Part shown: piece after piece, positions 28,120 through 38,924 of the stretch | Numbering within the stretch: the stretch's first letter is position 1 | Layout: every line of letters begins with the position of its first letter | DNA from: Eledone cirrhosa | Lineage: Eukaryota | DNA: 64,000 nt | Direction of reading: 5' to 3' | NCBI GenBank assembly: GCA_964016885.1 | Contig: OZ024744.1 | Coordinates: 92,318,001 to 92,382,000 of the forward strand | Made by a program: the position numbers and the translations under genes | Notes under the pieces: model-generated | Database searches by the model: none | Seen by the model: only the letters and a program-made list of their open reading frames with translations | Told to the model about the DNA's origin: nothing

Positions 28120-28530
28120 CTATCAGCCATCTCTCCTCCTATCTCATCCTTCCTCATTATACTCCTCCCCCTCAACTTTTTACTCTCATCTCCTCCTCCT
28201 TTTCATCCTTTCCACCCCACCCCCCCTCAACATTTTTTTCTTCCCAATATCACACATCAATCTAAAACTACTTTTCATATGTCGATTTAAAACTGCACTA
28301 TCCACAAGTGTTTTTAACCTTCATATCATGTCCTCCTATTTTATCTGATGAAAACACAAATGTTATTGGATGATGATATTTGTTTTTGAAATGCGCATAA
28401 TAAAATACATGGAACTCATTTAACCATCTTTTGATCTTATATATTATGTATACTCCAGTCCTACAAACTGTAGAGTACTTCTTATCCGATATCTGCATTG
28501 CTTTATTGTACTACAATAAAACTCACCTCC
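27198..28530 (+). mobile_element. 5'-truncated Penelope-like element (C-terminus of GIY-YIG endonuclease plus 3' region with hammerhead)
   Basis: 27198-27395 translates KYNISWKKVSSASTYLNSSLSKTCNLCLNEKFTIISNLDSIINRRTDLFSICLHKFHRTFHKVYS*, clearly homologous to the C-terminus of ORF 34177-34740. Ends at (CA)n(TA)n. Confidence 0.9.
28337..28407 (+). ncRNA. Type I hammerhead ribozyme motif
   Basis: Stem I TATTTTAT/ATAAAATA; core CTGATGA 28345-28351; ~16-bp stem II with GGAT loop; GAAA 28388-28391; palindromic stem III ATGCGCAT; predicted cleavage after A28399. Confidence 0.88.
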
Positions 28531-28531
28531 T

Positions 28532-28600
<69 letters not shown>

Positions 28601-28757
28601 TTGGTGCTCTGAAATAGCCATATATATATGAATGTATATATAGTGGATTTTGCAATACACTTTATGCTTAATTAAAAGCATTTTGAAGACCTTATGCTAT
28701 TGTTTTAGAGTAGTGACAGACTCACTTACTTTAATTTCAGCAAACAGGGGGAGATAA

Positions 28758-28803
28758 AGCTGACAAGGCCTTGTTTCTGCATTTATTGATGCTTATCAAA
28801 GCC
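28758..28803 (-). ncRNA. Hammerhead-like motif (U3-A8 variant), left-arm copy
   Basis: Mirror image of 29013-29058. Confidence 0.5.
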
Positions 28804-29012
28804 AACTACTCCCTCTCGGCTGCTGAAATTACGGATGTTATGTTCATATAGAATTCTAGTAAATAATCAGGAACTCATTATACAGAGCGGTTGCCGGTCA
28901 AGTTTAATTTCTGCTTGACCGGCAACCGCTCTGTATAATCAGTTCCTGATTATTTACTAGAATTCTATAAGAACATAACATCCGTAATTTCAGCAGACGG
29001 GAGGGAGTAGTT

Positions 29013-29058
29013 GGCTTTGATAAGCATCAATAAATGCAGAAACAAGGCCTTGTCAGCT
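29013..29058 (+). ncRNA. Hammerhead-like motif (U3-A8 variant), right-arm copy
   Basis: GGCT-TTGATAA-GCAT caataa ATGC-a-GAAA, palindromic stem III ACAAGGCCTTGT, C17, AGCT. One non-canonical extra A precedes GAAA. Confidence 0.5.
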
Positions 29059-29291
29059 TTATCTCCCCCTGTTTGCTGAAATTAAAGTAAGTGAGTCTGT
29101 CACTACTCTAAAACAATAGCATACGGTCTTCAAAATGCTTTTAATTAAGCATAAAGTGTATTGCAAAATACACTATATATACATACATATATATATATAT
29201 ATATATGATGATGATGATGATATATATATACACACAGGCATACACATATATATCTATATGTGTCTCTATGTGTTTGTATATATATATATAT

Positions 29292-29785
<494 letters not shown>

Positions 29786-30216
29786 AAATCGGAAATAGCA
29801 CGGAAAATATATTTCAGGATCTGTTTTTCTTTTCCTTTCTTTGATTCGTTAAAGTGACATTATTGAAAAATTCTTTTATTGACAATTCTTTTAAAAAAGA
29901 ATTTTATATACTATATAAAGTATAACAGGTTTCGATGTATTAGTAAAATCCACCTTATCAAATGTTGAGTATTACAACTAAAAAGAATTTAAAATAATTA
30001 AAAATTAAAAATTAAAGATTGAACATTTTTTAAATTAGGTGTTAAGTTTGTTCATCTTGTTGAGAAGAAGACTGGGAAATGGAATCTTGTGTATATAGAG
30101 AGAGGTAGACATGGTAGCAGCAGCAGCAGCAGTGGTGGTAGTTGTGTTTTTTCACACAGAGCAAAATTGTTTTTAGGGAGAGGGAGATTTTCTGTAAATA
30201 TGGTCCAAGAAGTAGA

Positions 30217-30356
30217 CTACAGCGCAACATTGGTTGGATAACATCCACGAGCTTCGCTAGTCACGCTTGAGGATCCAGTTGGATCTGTTAAAGACAGTTG
30301 CTTCTGATAGGACCTGCTGGAAGGAGTCTTTGAGGACTCTTCCCCCATGACCTTCT
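30217..30356 (-). CDS. Possible terminal coding exon of an unidentified host gene
   Basis: Minus-strand pyrimidine tract plus TTATTCTAG acceptor, then an open frame KVMGEESSKTPSSRSYQKQLSLTDPTGSSSVTSEARGCYPTNVAL*. Unique, balanced-composition island. No homologue recognised. Confidence 0.3.
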
Positions 30357-30397
30357 CTAGAATAAGTGGGTGAAGAAGAAGACAAAGAAGAAGATTC

Positions 30398-30398
<1 letters not shown>

Positions 30399-30436
<38 letters not shown>

Positions 30437-30498
30437 GGTGGTGGTGGTGGTGGTGGTAGTAGTAATAGTAGTAGCAGCAGTAGTAGTAGTGGTAGTAA

Positions 30499-30567
<69 letters not shown>

Positions 30568-30645
30568 CAGCAGCAGCAGTAATAGTAGTAGTAGCAGTAG
30601 TAGTAGTAGCTGCAGCAGTAGCAGCAGTAGTAGTAGTGGTAGTAA

Positions 30646-30705
<60 letters not shown>

Positions 30706-30730
30706 CAGTAGTAGTAGTAGTAGTAGTGGT

Positions 30731-30795
<65 letters not shown>

Positions 30796-30805
30796 CAGCA
30801 GTAGC

Positions 30806-30852
<47 letters not shown>

Positions 30853-30903
30853 CAGCAGTAGCAGTAGCAGTAGTAGTAGTAGTAATAGTAGTAGTAGTAG
30901 TAA

Positions 30904-30948
<45 letters not shown>

Positions 30949-30970
30949 CAGCAGCAGCAGCAGCAGTAGC

Positions 30971-31018
<48 letters not shown>
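30399..31018. repeat. (GTA)n microsatellite with GCA/GTG interruptions
   Basis: Read directly; explains the poly-Thr and poly-Val ORFs. Confidence 0.98.
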
Positions 31019-31019
<1 letters not shown>

Positions 31020-31319
31020 TTCAGATCATTTTTAGGGGCTGCTAAACTGACGTTATACACAAATAAATAAATAAATAAACAAACAAAATAAAAAAATTAA
31101 TATTTACCAAATTTCATTTTTGTTTGTTTCTATTTTTTGTTCGTTTGTTTTTGATTTTTACTCCATGAAACCACGTGTGAAATTTTCGTAATTATTGTAA
31201 ATAAAATATTAAGGAAAAGAAAAGATAAACTTAAACAACAACCGTACAACAATAGAAAATAACGTAAAACAAAAAAAAATATGTAATTAAATAAACAAAT
31301 ATATAAATACATAAAATAA

Positions 31320-31465
31320 ATAATTGTTTCTACATTAGGCACAAGGCCAGCAATTAACCAGTGTATTACTGGTACTTTATTTTATCGACCCCGAAAGGAT
31401 GAAAGGCAAAGTTAACCTCGGCGGGATTTGAACTCAGAATGGCAAGGGCCGTAACTCTATGCGTC
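31320..31465 (-). mobile_element. tRNA-derived SINE, 5'-truncated
   Basis: B box GAGTTCAAATCCC, central CTTTGCCTTTCATCCTTTCGGGGTCGATAAAATAAAGTACCAG, tail GCTGGCCTTGTGCC..TAGAAACAATTA. Five copies in the window. Confidence 0.88.
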
Positions 31466-32126
31466 GGAATAAATAATGAATGAATAAATAAACAAATATG
31501 TAAATAATATTCTTTTTCTCCTACACTTTCTTCTTCTTCTCCTTCTTCTTCTCCTACCCCCCCCCCCTCCTTCGCCTCCACACCCATCCTCCTCCCCACA
31601 CCCATTCTGCCTCTCCCCACACCCACCCCTTCCTTCCACACGCCTACCCCCTTCTCTTCCTCTATCTCCACCCCCTCCTCCTCTCACACCAAACCCCTCC
31701 CTCTCCAGCTCCTCTTCCTCCTTCTTCTATATAAAGAGCCAGGTAATACCAGTGAAAGTTCTCCTCAGAGTGGTAATAGTAACTCACTGAATAATGTGAC
31801 CAGAGGACATGTTGCCACATTAATACTACAACAACGAAAAATACAGACAAGTTAAAGACAAACCTGGACCTGATCGATAGATATCAAACAATAAATATCT
31901 TTGATAGGTTTCTGGGGAATCAGAAGTTACACTCCAGGCTGCGTAATGTATATGCAAGTCAATAATGCATCCCAAGATGGAACGGGGATTTCCTTTTGTC
32001 AACAGGTTTTTCGTTCCTAGTATCCACTTTCATCGGGTTCTGAGATGACACTGCAATTTGCTGAACACACAGCAGTTGGGATTTTATCTCTCTCTGTGTG
32101 TGAGTATATATATATATATATATATA

Positions 32127-32290
32127 GGAAAAGAGTCAGGATCACTACGGTTGAGCTCCGGCCGTTTCGACAGCTAGATCTGGACTACCCTAAGTATCGA
32201 GTACTCTGGTGCATTATGGTCCACCTGGTTTTTTTACCTCACTTTCTTTGTTATATATATATATTTTTTTTTTACCTCACTTTCTTTGTT
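32127..32290. mobile_element. Short rearranged fragment of the element family at 44698-45140
   Basis: Has a direct-orientation match to 44795-44836 (ACGG..CCGTTTCGAC.GCTA..CTGGACTA) joined to an inverted match of 44700-44763. Flanked by (TA)n. Confidence 0.7.
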
Positions 32291-32577
32291 ACATATATAT
32301 ATATTATATATATTATAGAAAAAAGGTCAAAGGCTTAATATATGTTGAGAAAACTAAATTAATACATTGTAGAATATAATGAAATATGTGTAAAAAATAT
32401 GTGTAAAAAAATTAACCGTTGTTCGTGGAATATGTTATAGGACATTAGCTATATACTTTGTGAAAGGTCTTGAAGGATTTATGATTACAAAGACCAAATA
32501 AATCAGTTCTTCTATTTATTGTTTGAGCGCTAACTCTTATATAGGATACTATTGATGGTCTCTATTTCTATTATAAC

Positions 32578-34740
32578 ATGGATTACTACAGCAACACAAC
32601 TTCACTTAAAGACATACCTATACCGGGAAAAACTGAAAACACAAAACTTTTGATAGAAAAAACGGACTCTTTCGTGCTCAGATGGATCGCACATTTCCAT
32701 GACCAGCGTTTAAAAGGAAACTTTTATAGAAAGGAACCTAATAACCTCGATTCATTATTTAACTCCAGAAGAAATCCTCCTTTTAATAAAAACTTAGCAC
32801 ATTTTGAAAACGAATTAACTACAATTATACGAGGCCAGGGACACCTTATCAACCTTAAGAATAAAATAAATGACCTTAATTCTTCTAAAAACGTTTTAGT
32901 TCATTCTGACAAAACAAATAACTTATATGGCATAAGTAAGGATAAATATAATAACCTTATCCTTAAAGAACTAAGAAAAAATTATCGTAAAACTACGTAG
33001 GATAATCTTGATTCTATCAATAGAGAAGCATATGAGATAATAACCAAACTCGGTATTGAGAAAAAAACAGAACCCTTCTTCCCAAGAATTCCGAGGATTA
33101 GTCTGAAGGATCATAAAATAAATTTTCGAACGAACTTGCCTGTATGACTAATTGCCCCTTCTAAATCTGACCTAGGGGTTGTTAGTAAATCCATCTTGGA
33201 CAGAATTATCCCACAGGTTAGGTTTAAATCTCAACTAAATTTTTGGTTGGGTTCATCTGATGTAATAGACTGGTTCAATGACCTAAATAATAAAAACAAA
33301 CTGAAATTTATTCAGTTAGACATTGCTAGCTATTACTCTTCTATTTCTCCTTCACTCCTAAACAAGGCTCTCTCATATGCGTTAAAATACTCGGACATTA
33401 CTAGTGAAGAAATTAACATCATTCTCACCGCAAGGAAAACCATCTTGCAATTTCAACAATGAATATTGGACAAGAACGGATACTTCCAACAATTTCGACA
33501 TCACCATGAGTTCGTCGGAATCAGCTCAATTGACCGACTTGGTTAGAATTTTCATCTTGAACTCTTTAAACCGGAAAATTCCTCAACTTCGCGGTGGAAT
33601 TTATCGTGATCATGTTCTTTTTACTGTCTCTAATTGTAACAAACTAAACTTTAATATTATTAAGAAAAATATACTTGATCTATTTAAGCATCTTAACTTA
33701 AAAATTGAATTCGAGAATAATGATAAATTAACAAATTTCCTTGATATATCCCTTAATCTAGATACCGGCCTATATTACCCATATCACAATGATAATGAGG
33801 ACTTAAATTACGTTAACTTTAAATCTAACCACCCTAATAATGTTAAAACTGCTATAGTCAGAAGTGTAGAAAAAAGAATCTCTAATTTATCCTCTAATAT
33901 AGATATCTTCGAAGCTAATGCCAACTATTATAATTAGGGCTCTATATAACAGTTTCCCTCCTTCACATATATATAGCAAGATTTTCAATAAGCATACTAT
34001 TAAATTCTCATATTCCAGTACTTCCAACATTTCTAAAATTATCTCAAGACATAATTCTAAAATATTAAATAATAACTCATATCCATGAGAGTCATAATAA
34101 TAACAGTATAAGGCCCGACGTCAATGTAAACTCTAGCCAAAATAACACAAATATAAATACGACGGCAAACGTAACTTTGAGGAATACATCAAATAGTAAT
34201 GTAAATCTGGAAACTTTAGCACCTCCTTTAGTTAATTCCACCACTCCAGTTCCTAATATAACTAATCCTGGGCCACTTGCCAATAACACTGTAAATAAAC
34301 TTAATCGTAAATGCAACTGCCCTATTAGAACTAATTGTCCTCTTAGTAATTTCTGTCTCGATAAAAACCTAGTATATGAATGTAAAGTGGTAACTAGTAC
34401 CAATACCTATACCTACATTGGCTCTACTTTTACATCTTTTAAAGCAAGATTCTATAATCATTCTTCTACATTTAAATATCCACTTAAAAGGACCAGCACC
34501 GCACTATCAGAACTTATTTGGTCCTTAAAAGACACAAATATTAATTACGAAATTTCTTGGCGTAAAATTTACAACGTTTCTCCATACTCCAATGCTTCCA
34601 TATCTAGTGTTTGTAATTTATGTCTAGTTGAAAAATTTACCATTATCTCGAATTTCAACTCAATAATAAATAGAAGAACTGATTTATTTGGTCTTTGTAA
34701 TCATAAATCCTTCAAGACCTTTCACAAAGTATATAGCTAA
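32578..34740 (+). pseudogene. PLE reverse transcriptase plus C-terminal GIY-YIG endonuclease, disrupted by stops and frameshifts
   Basis: Motifs SLKDIPIP, SDKT, FIQLDIASYYSSI (RT A), FDITMSS (RT B), GIYRDH (decayed YRDD), NFLDISL, YVNFKSNHP, CNCPIRTNCPLSNFC, LVYECKV..YTYIGST, RFYNH, CNLCLVEK, CNH. Confidence 0.93.
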
Positions 34741-35167
34741 TGTCCTATAACATATTCCACGAATAACGGTTAATTTTTTTACACGTATTTTTACACATAT
34801 TTCATTATATTCTACAACGTATTAATTTAGTTTTCTCTTTGACCTTTTTTCTATAGCCATAAATTTTCGTTCAAACCTTTGTAGATTTTGTAAACAAATT
34901 ATGATGTTTTTCTACGTTTATAAATCATTCTAGCAATTTCCTTTATTTACTCGTTGATATAAAATAATAATTAAATAGTATACTCCCACATATATTGATT
35001 TTTAATAGAAATTTTTAATTTTGACATAGATAGACTATTTTTATTTTTTTATTTTATTTTATTTTAAAAACCTTTTTTATACTTATTTTAATTTAATTTA
35101 ATTTTATTTTATTAATACATTTTTACACTTCTTAATCCAATTTTTAGTATTTAAACCCAATATAAAA

Positions 35168-35349
35168 TAATTGTTTCTACTTTAGGCACAAGGCCAGCAA
35201 TTACCCAGTACACTACTGGTACTTTATTTTATCGACCCCGTAAGGATGAAAGGCAAAGTCAACCTCGGCGGGATTTGAACTCAGATCGTAAAGGGACGTA
35301 ACTATGCTGGAAAGCATGGCGTCCGACCCTCTACCGATACTGCCAATCC
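35168..35349 (-). mobile_element. tRNA-derived SINE inserted in the PLE 3' region
   Basis: Near-full-length copy with A-box-like TGGCAGTATCGGTAGA and B box. Confidence 0.88.
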
Positions 35350-35699
35350 ATAAAATAATATACCCAGTTTCTATATTGTACACCTCTAATATTTGAATAC
35401 CATCTATAATATTCGCACATACACCTCATCAATTTACTTTTTAACCGTTATTTACAGCTAGTTTTATTTTGACAGCGTTCCTGATCAAAAGTCTTTCTCT
35501 TTCTCTTTCTCTTTCTCTATCTCTCTCTTCCATCTTTCCTTTTTCCTTTTTTCCTCTCTTTTCTTTCTTTTTCCTTTTTCTCCTTCTTCTTTCCTTTTCT
35601 CCTATTTTCCTATCTTTTTCTTACTCTTATATTTCTGTCATATGTAGACTTAGCACTTTCCTATAAACAAGTGCTATTATGCCTCATATCATGTTACCT

Positions 35700-35769
35700 T
35701 ATTTTATCTGATGAGAACACAATTTTTGTCCCAGGATAATGTTGTGTTCGAAATGCGCATAATAAAATA
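35700..35769 (+). ncRNA. Type I hammerhead ribozyme motif
   Basis: Stem I TATTTTAT/ATAAAATA; CTGATGA 35708-35714; stem II GAACACAA/TTGTGTTC; GAAA 35750-35753; palindromic stem III ATGCGCAT; predicted cleavage after A35761. Confidence 0.9.
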
Positions 35770-35801
35770 TATGGAACTTTTTTAACCATCTTTTAATTTC
35801 T

Positions 35802-35879
<78 letters not shown>

Positions 35880-36242
35880 CTTCACGCCATGTAACGGGAT
35901 AAGCACCGGCCAAATGTGTGCGTGTATATATATATAGGAAAAAATGAAACGAAATTTCATTTCTCACTCTTATAGTACGGCTGTTACTTAAATGTAAGTA
36001 TTTATACGTACATACATATATGTATATAGACGTACAATAGTATGTATGTATATATACATACATGCACACATATATATATGTACGTATGGATTCACCGAAC
36101 ATTTATTATAATGCTCGGTGTGTTTGTAAACAAACATCCCGAACTAAGCCGTGCAGTGTCTAGCAACCATTGTTGCTCATTTGTTTCAACTCTGACAAAG
36201 GAACGCAAAGGAACGCTTACAAGCGTTCCTTTGTCAGCGTTC

Positions 36243-36366
<124 letters not shown>

Positions 36367-36429
36367 GTATGTGTGTATTGATATACATGTACATATGTTT
36401 TATGCGTGTATGTCTATCTGTATGTATGT

Positions 36430-37513
36430 ATATATACGTGTATACCCATACAATTCGATTGCACTTATTTATAGGGATTATCCCAAGATTCGTGACAAAT
36501 AAACATATAATAACAGTCATAAATACATAACAGGTAATCTTATAACACTTATATAAAAAAATTTGTTTAATAACATAAAGTGTGTATAACATAAAATTTC
36601 CTTTAATATCTTAACAATTGTAACATTGATATAACTAAATAACGTAATTTTCCTTCACGCTGCTTTGATATTACATTGAAATGACTTTCTCTGATTTTAT
36701 AAGATTCCTATATCTTAAATTAAAGAATCCTTTATATTTTGTATGTATATATTATATACGTAGTTAGATATGTATATATTTATATATTTTTATACGTGTG
36801 TATATATATTTATATGTATGTATTTTTTGCGTGTGTATATGTGTTATATAATATATAGATTTTTAATAATATAGTCTTAATAATATATAGATTTCTTAAT
36901 ATATAGATCCCAATTTTTAATATATTGATCTCAATATTTAAATGATTAACTAAACATTTAATCATATTTAAACAATGGTTAAATTTCTCATATTATATAT
37001 GTATATTCCATTCATGATTATTAACATTTCTAATTTTATTTATTCATTTCATCTCAAATGTTAAGATAACTCAACAAGATATGACTTAGAGTTTTCGCTC
37101 TCTCTCCTTTCTCTTTCTCCCCCCTCTCTCTCTCTCTTTTCTCTCTGTTGTTCTGCTCTTTCTCTCTCTTTCTCTTTCTCCGTAACCCAACGGCTTATTT
37201 GAAAATATCCAATACTAACTTACCTAATAATATAATTAAAGATATAACTCCACTATCCGGGAGCTTCCAACAGTAATGGTTGCATTATTTAAGGGTATGT
37301 CAATATTTATTTATAAAACTGCTCTATATTATATTTTATCTGATGAAAGCACACCATAATTTAACTTGGTGTCCTTGAAATATGTATAATGAAATAAATA
37401 TGATTTTATAAATATAGTTTCCATTTGTTTTGTTAATATCGTATTTTTACTCCAATTATTTGTTGAGTGCTTTATATCAGTTATAAAAATATTTGCAATT
37501 TAAATAGAACTTT

Positions 37514-37515
<2 letters not shown>
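36430..37515 (+). mobile_element. Probable 3' remnant of another PLE family
   Basis: AT-rich tract, CT-rich patch, hammerhead, then (TA)n: the same layout as the other two PLE 3' regions. No coding part seen. Confidence 0.5.
37332..37396 (+). ncRNA. Type I hammerhead ribozyme motif
   Basis: TATTTTAT-CTGATGA-AAGCACACCA..TGGTGTCCTT-GAAA-TATGTA-TA-ATGAAATA. Stem III is an imperfect palindrome. Confidence 0.78.
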
Positions 37516-37559
<44 letters not shown>

Positions 37560-37570
<11 letters not shown>

Positions 37571-37818
37571 ATGTATATATAGTGTATTTTGCAATACACT
37601 TTATGCTTAATTAAAGCATTTTGAAGACCGTAAGCTATTGTTTTTTTAGAGTAGTGACAAATTCACTTACTTTGATCAAAGTAAGTGAATTTGTCACTAC
37701 TCTAAAAAAACAATAGCTTACGGTCTTCAAAATGCTTTAATTAAGCATAAAGTGTATTGCAAAATACATTATATATACATCCATATATATATTGCTATTT
37801 CAGAGCTCCAATTCTAAT
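37560..37818. mobile_element. Loop-less fold-back element (centre 37675/37676), shorter relative of 28594-29195
   Basis: ~115-bp arms around TTTGATCAAA; one-sided terminus at 37792-37818; (TA)n flanks. Confidence 0.8.
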
Positions 37819-37837
37819 TTTTATATATATATATATG

Positions 37838-38052
37838 TCTAAAATCTGTCTTAAGCCTGAAGGTTCATTTGGCCGGTGCTTATCCCGTTTCATGGCGTGA
37901 AGCAACTGAGAGTACAAGACTCCCTCCTGGACAGGACGCCAGTCTATCGCAGGGTTAAACTCCCAGTTTTTACTGGTACTCATTTTTAGCTGACTATACT
38001 GGAGCAACATGAAATGAAGTGTTTTGCTCAAGAATAGAACACAAAACCCGGC
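37838..38052 (-). mobile_element. SINE remnant with CORE/V-domain-like sequence
   Basis: Minus strand reads TTCTTGAGCAAAACACTTCATTTCATGTTGCTCCAGT..CCTGCGATAGACTGGCGTCCTGTCCAGG..GTTGCTTCACGCCATGAAACGGGATAAGCACCGGCC. The same tail fragment occurs at ~35875-35914. Family assignment is from recall. Confidence 0.6.
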
Positions 38053-38062
38053 TTCTTGGGGT

Positions 38063-38670
38063 GCTTGTAGAAAACAGCACTGCTTGGAACAGCTTAAATG
38101 CATTGGGCAGTGGGTGTGGTGGTGGGGTGGAGTATTTGAAGAATGCCTCACTACTTAAGCTGAAATACTGTGGGTAACGACGATGGTGGGAAGGGGGGGG
38201 GAGCTTGGTGCCTGCAGAAAACAGAATTGCTTGGAACAGCAATTGAATACTGTGTGTGGTAAGGGTGTGGGGTTGGGTGGAGGGGGGGGGGGGTGCTCTC
38301 AGAAAACAGCACAGCTCGAATACTCTGGGTGGTGGGGGAGTGGGGGCGATGTGGTGGGATGCTTGCAGAAAACAGCACAGCTTGGAACAGCTCGAATACT
38401 ATGGGTGGTGAGGGGTGGTGAGGGGTGGGGGTGGGGGTGTACTTCCAGAAAACAGCACAGCTAGGAACAGCTCGAATACTCTGGGTGGTGGTGGTGGTGG
38501 TGATGTTGGTGGAGGTGGTGTTCGGGTGGTGGTGGTGGTGGTGGTGGTGGCAGAGGGTGGATGGAGTGAGGGGATTTTTATTCTTGCAGAAAACAGAACT
38601 GCTCAGAACAGCTGGAATACTCTGGGCAGCGGGTACGGGGTGGTGGTGGTGGTGGTGGTGGTGGTGGTGT
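38063..38670. repeat. G-rich minisatellite, ~7 units with core CTTGCAGAAAACAGCACAGCTTGGAACAGCTCGAATACTCTGGG plus a variable G/GGT tract
   Basis: Core recurs at ~38063, 38210, 38298, 38361, 38441 and 38582. Confidence 0.85.
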
Positions 38671-38924
38671 GGGGGTGGGGTAGGGTAGATGGTAGGTAGA
38701 GAGTGCTGTGGTTGTAGAATAAGGTGAGTTATTTCAGTTGACATTGAAATACTTCTCCAGAGTTAGAAGCTGGGGGTGGGTGAGGCAGATCGTTGGGGGG
38801 GGGGGGGAAACAGGTGTAGTGATGTTGGTGTTGTGTGTGTGTGGGGGGGAGGGGGGCTATAGAGGGAAAAGTACATTAAATCAACTGAGTACAAAAACGA
38901 AGAACATGAAGAATTAACAGTTTA

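Larger units (their letters stand above)
28594..29195. mobile_element. Non-coding fold-back element (arms ~280 bp, 11-nt loop at 28903-28913), probably PLE-derived
   Basis: Arms are reverse complements with a few mismatches and are flanked by (TA)n. Same family as 37560-37818, sharing the one-sided terminus GCTATTTCAGAGC(A/T)CCAATTCTAAT. Confidence 0.8.
32316..35805 (+). mobile_element. Near-complete Penelope-like retroelement with inverted 5' partial repeat
   Basis: RT + GIY-YIG pseudo-ORF. 32316-32526 is an inverted copy of ~34659-34855. 3' region carries a hammerhead; (TA)n on both flanks. Confidence 0.93.

Noticed and set aside
30257-31070. Poly-Thr (mucin-like) and poly-Val ORFs
   Set aside because: (GTA)n microsatellite.
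31700-32090. Possible exon in a unique island
   Set aside because: No convincing frame with paired splice sites on either strand.
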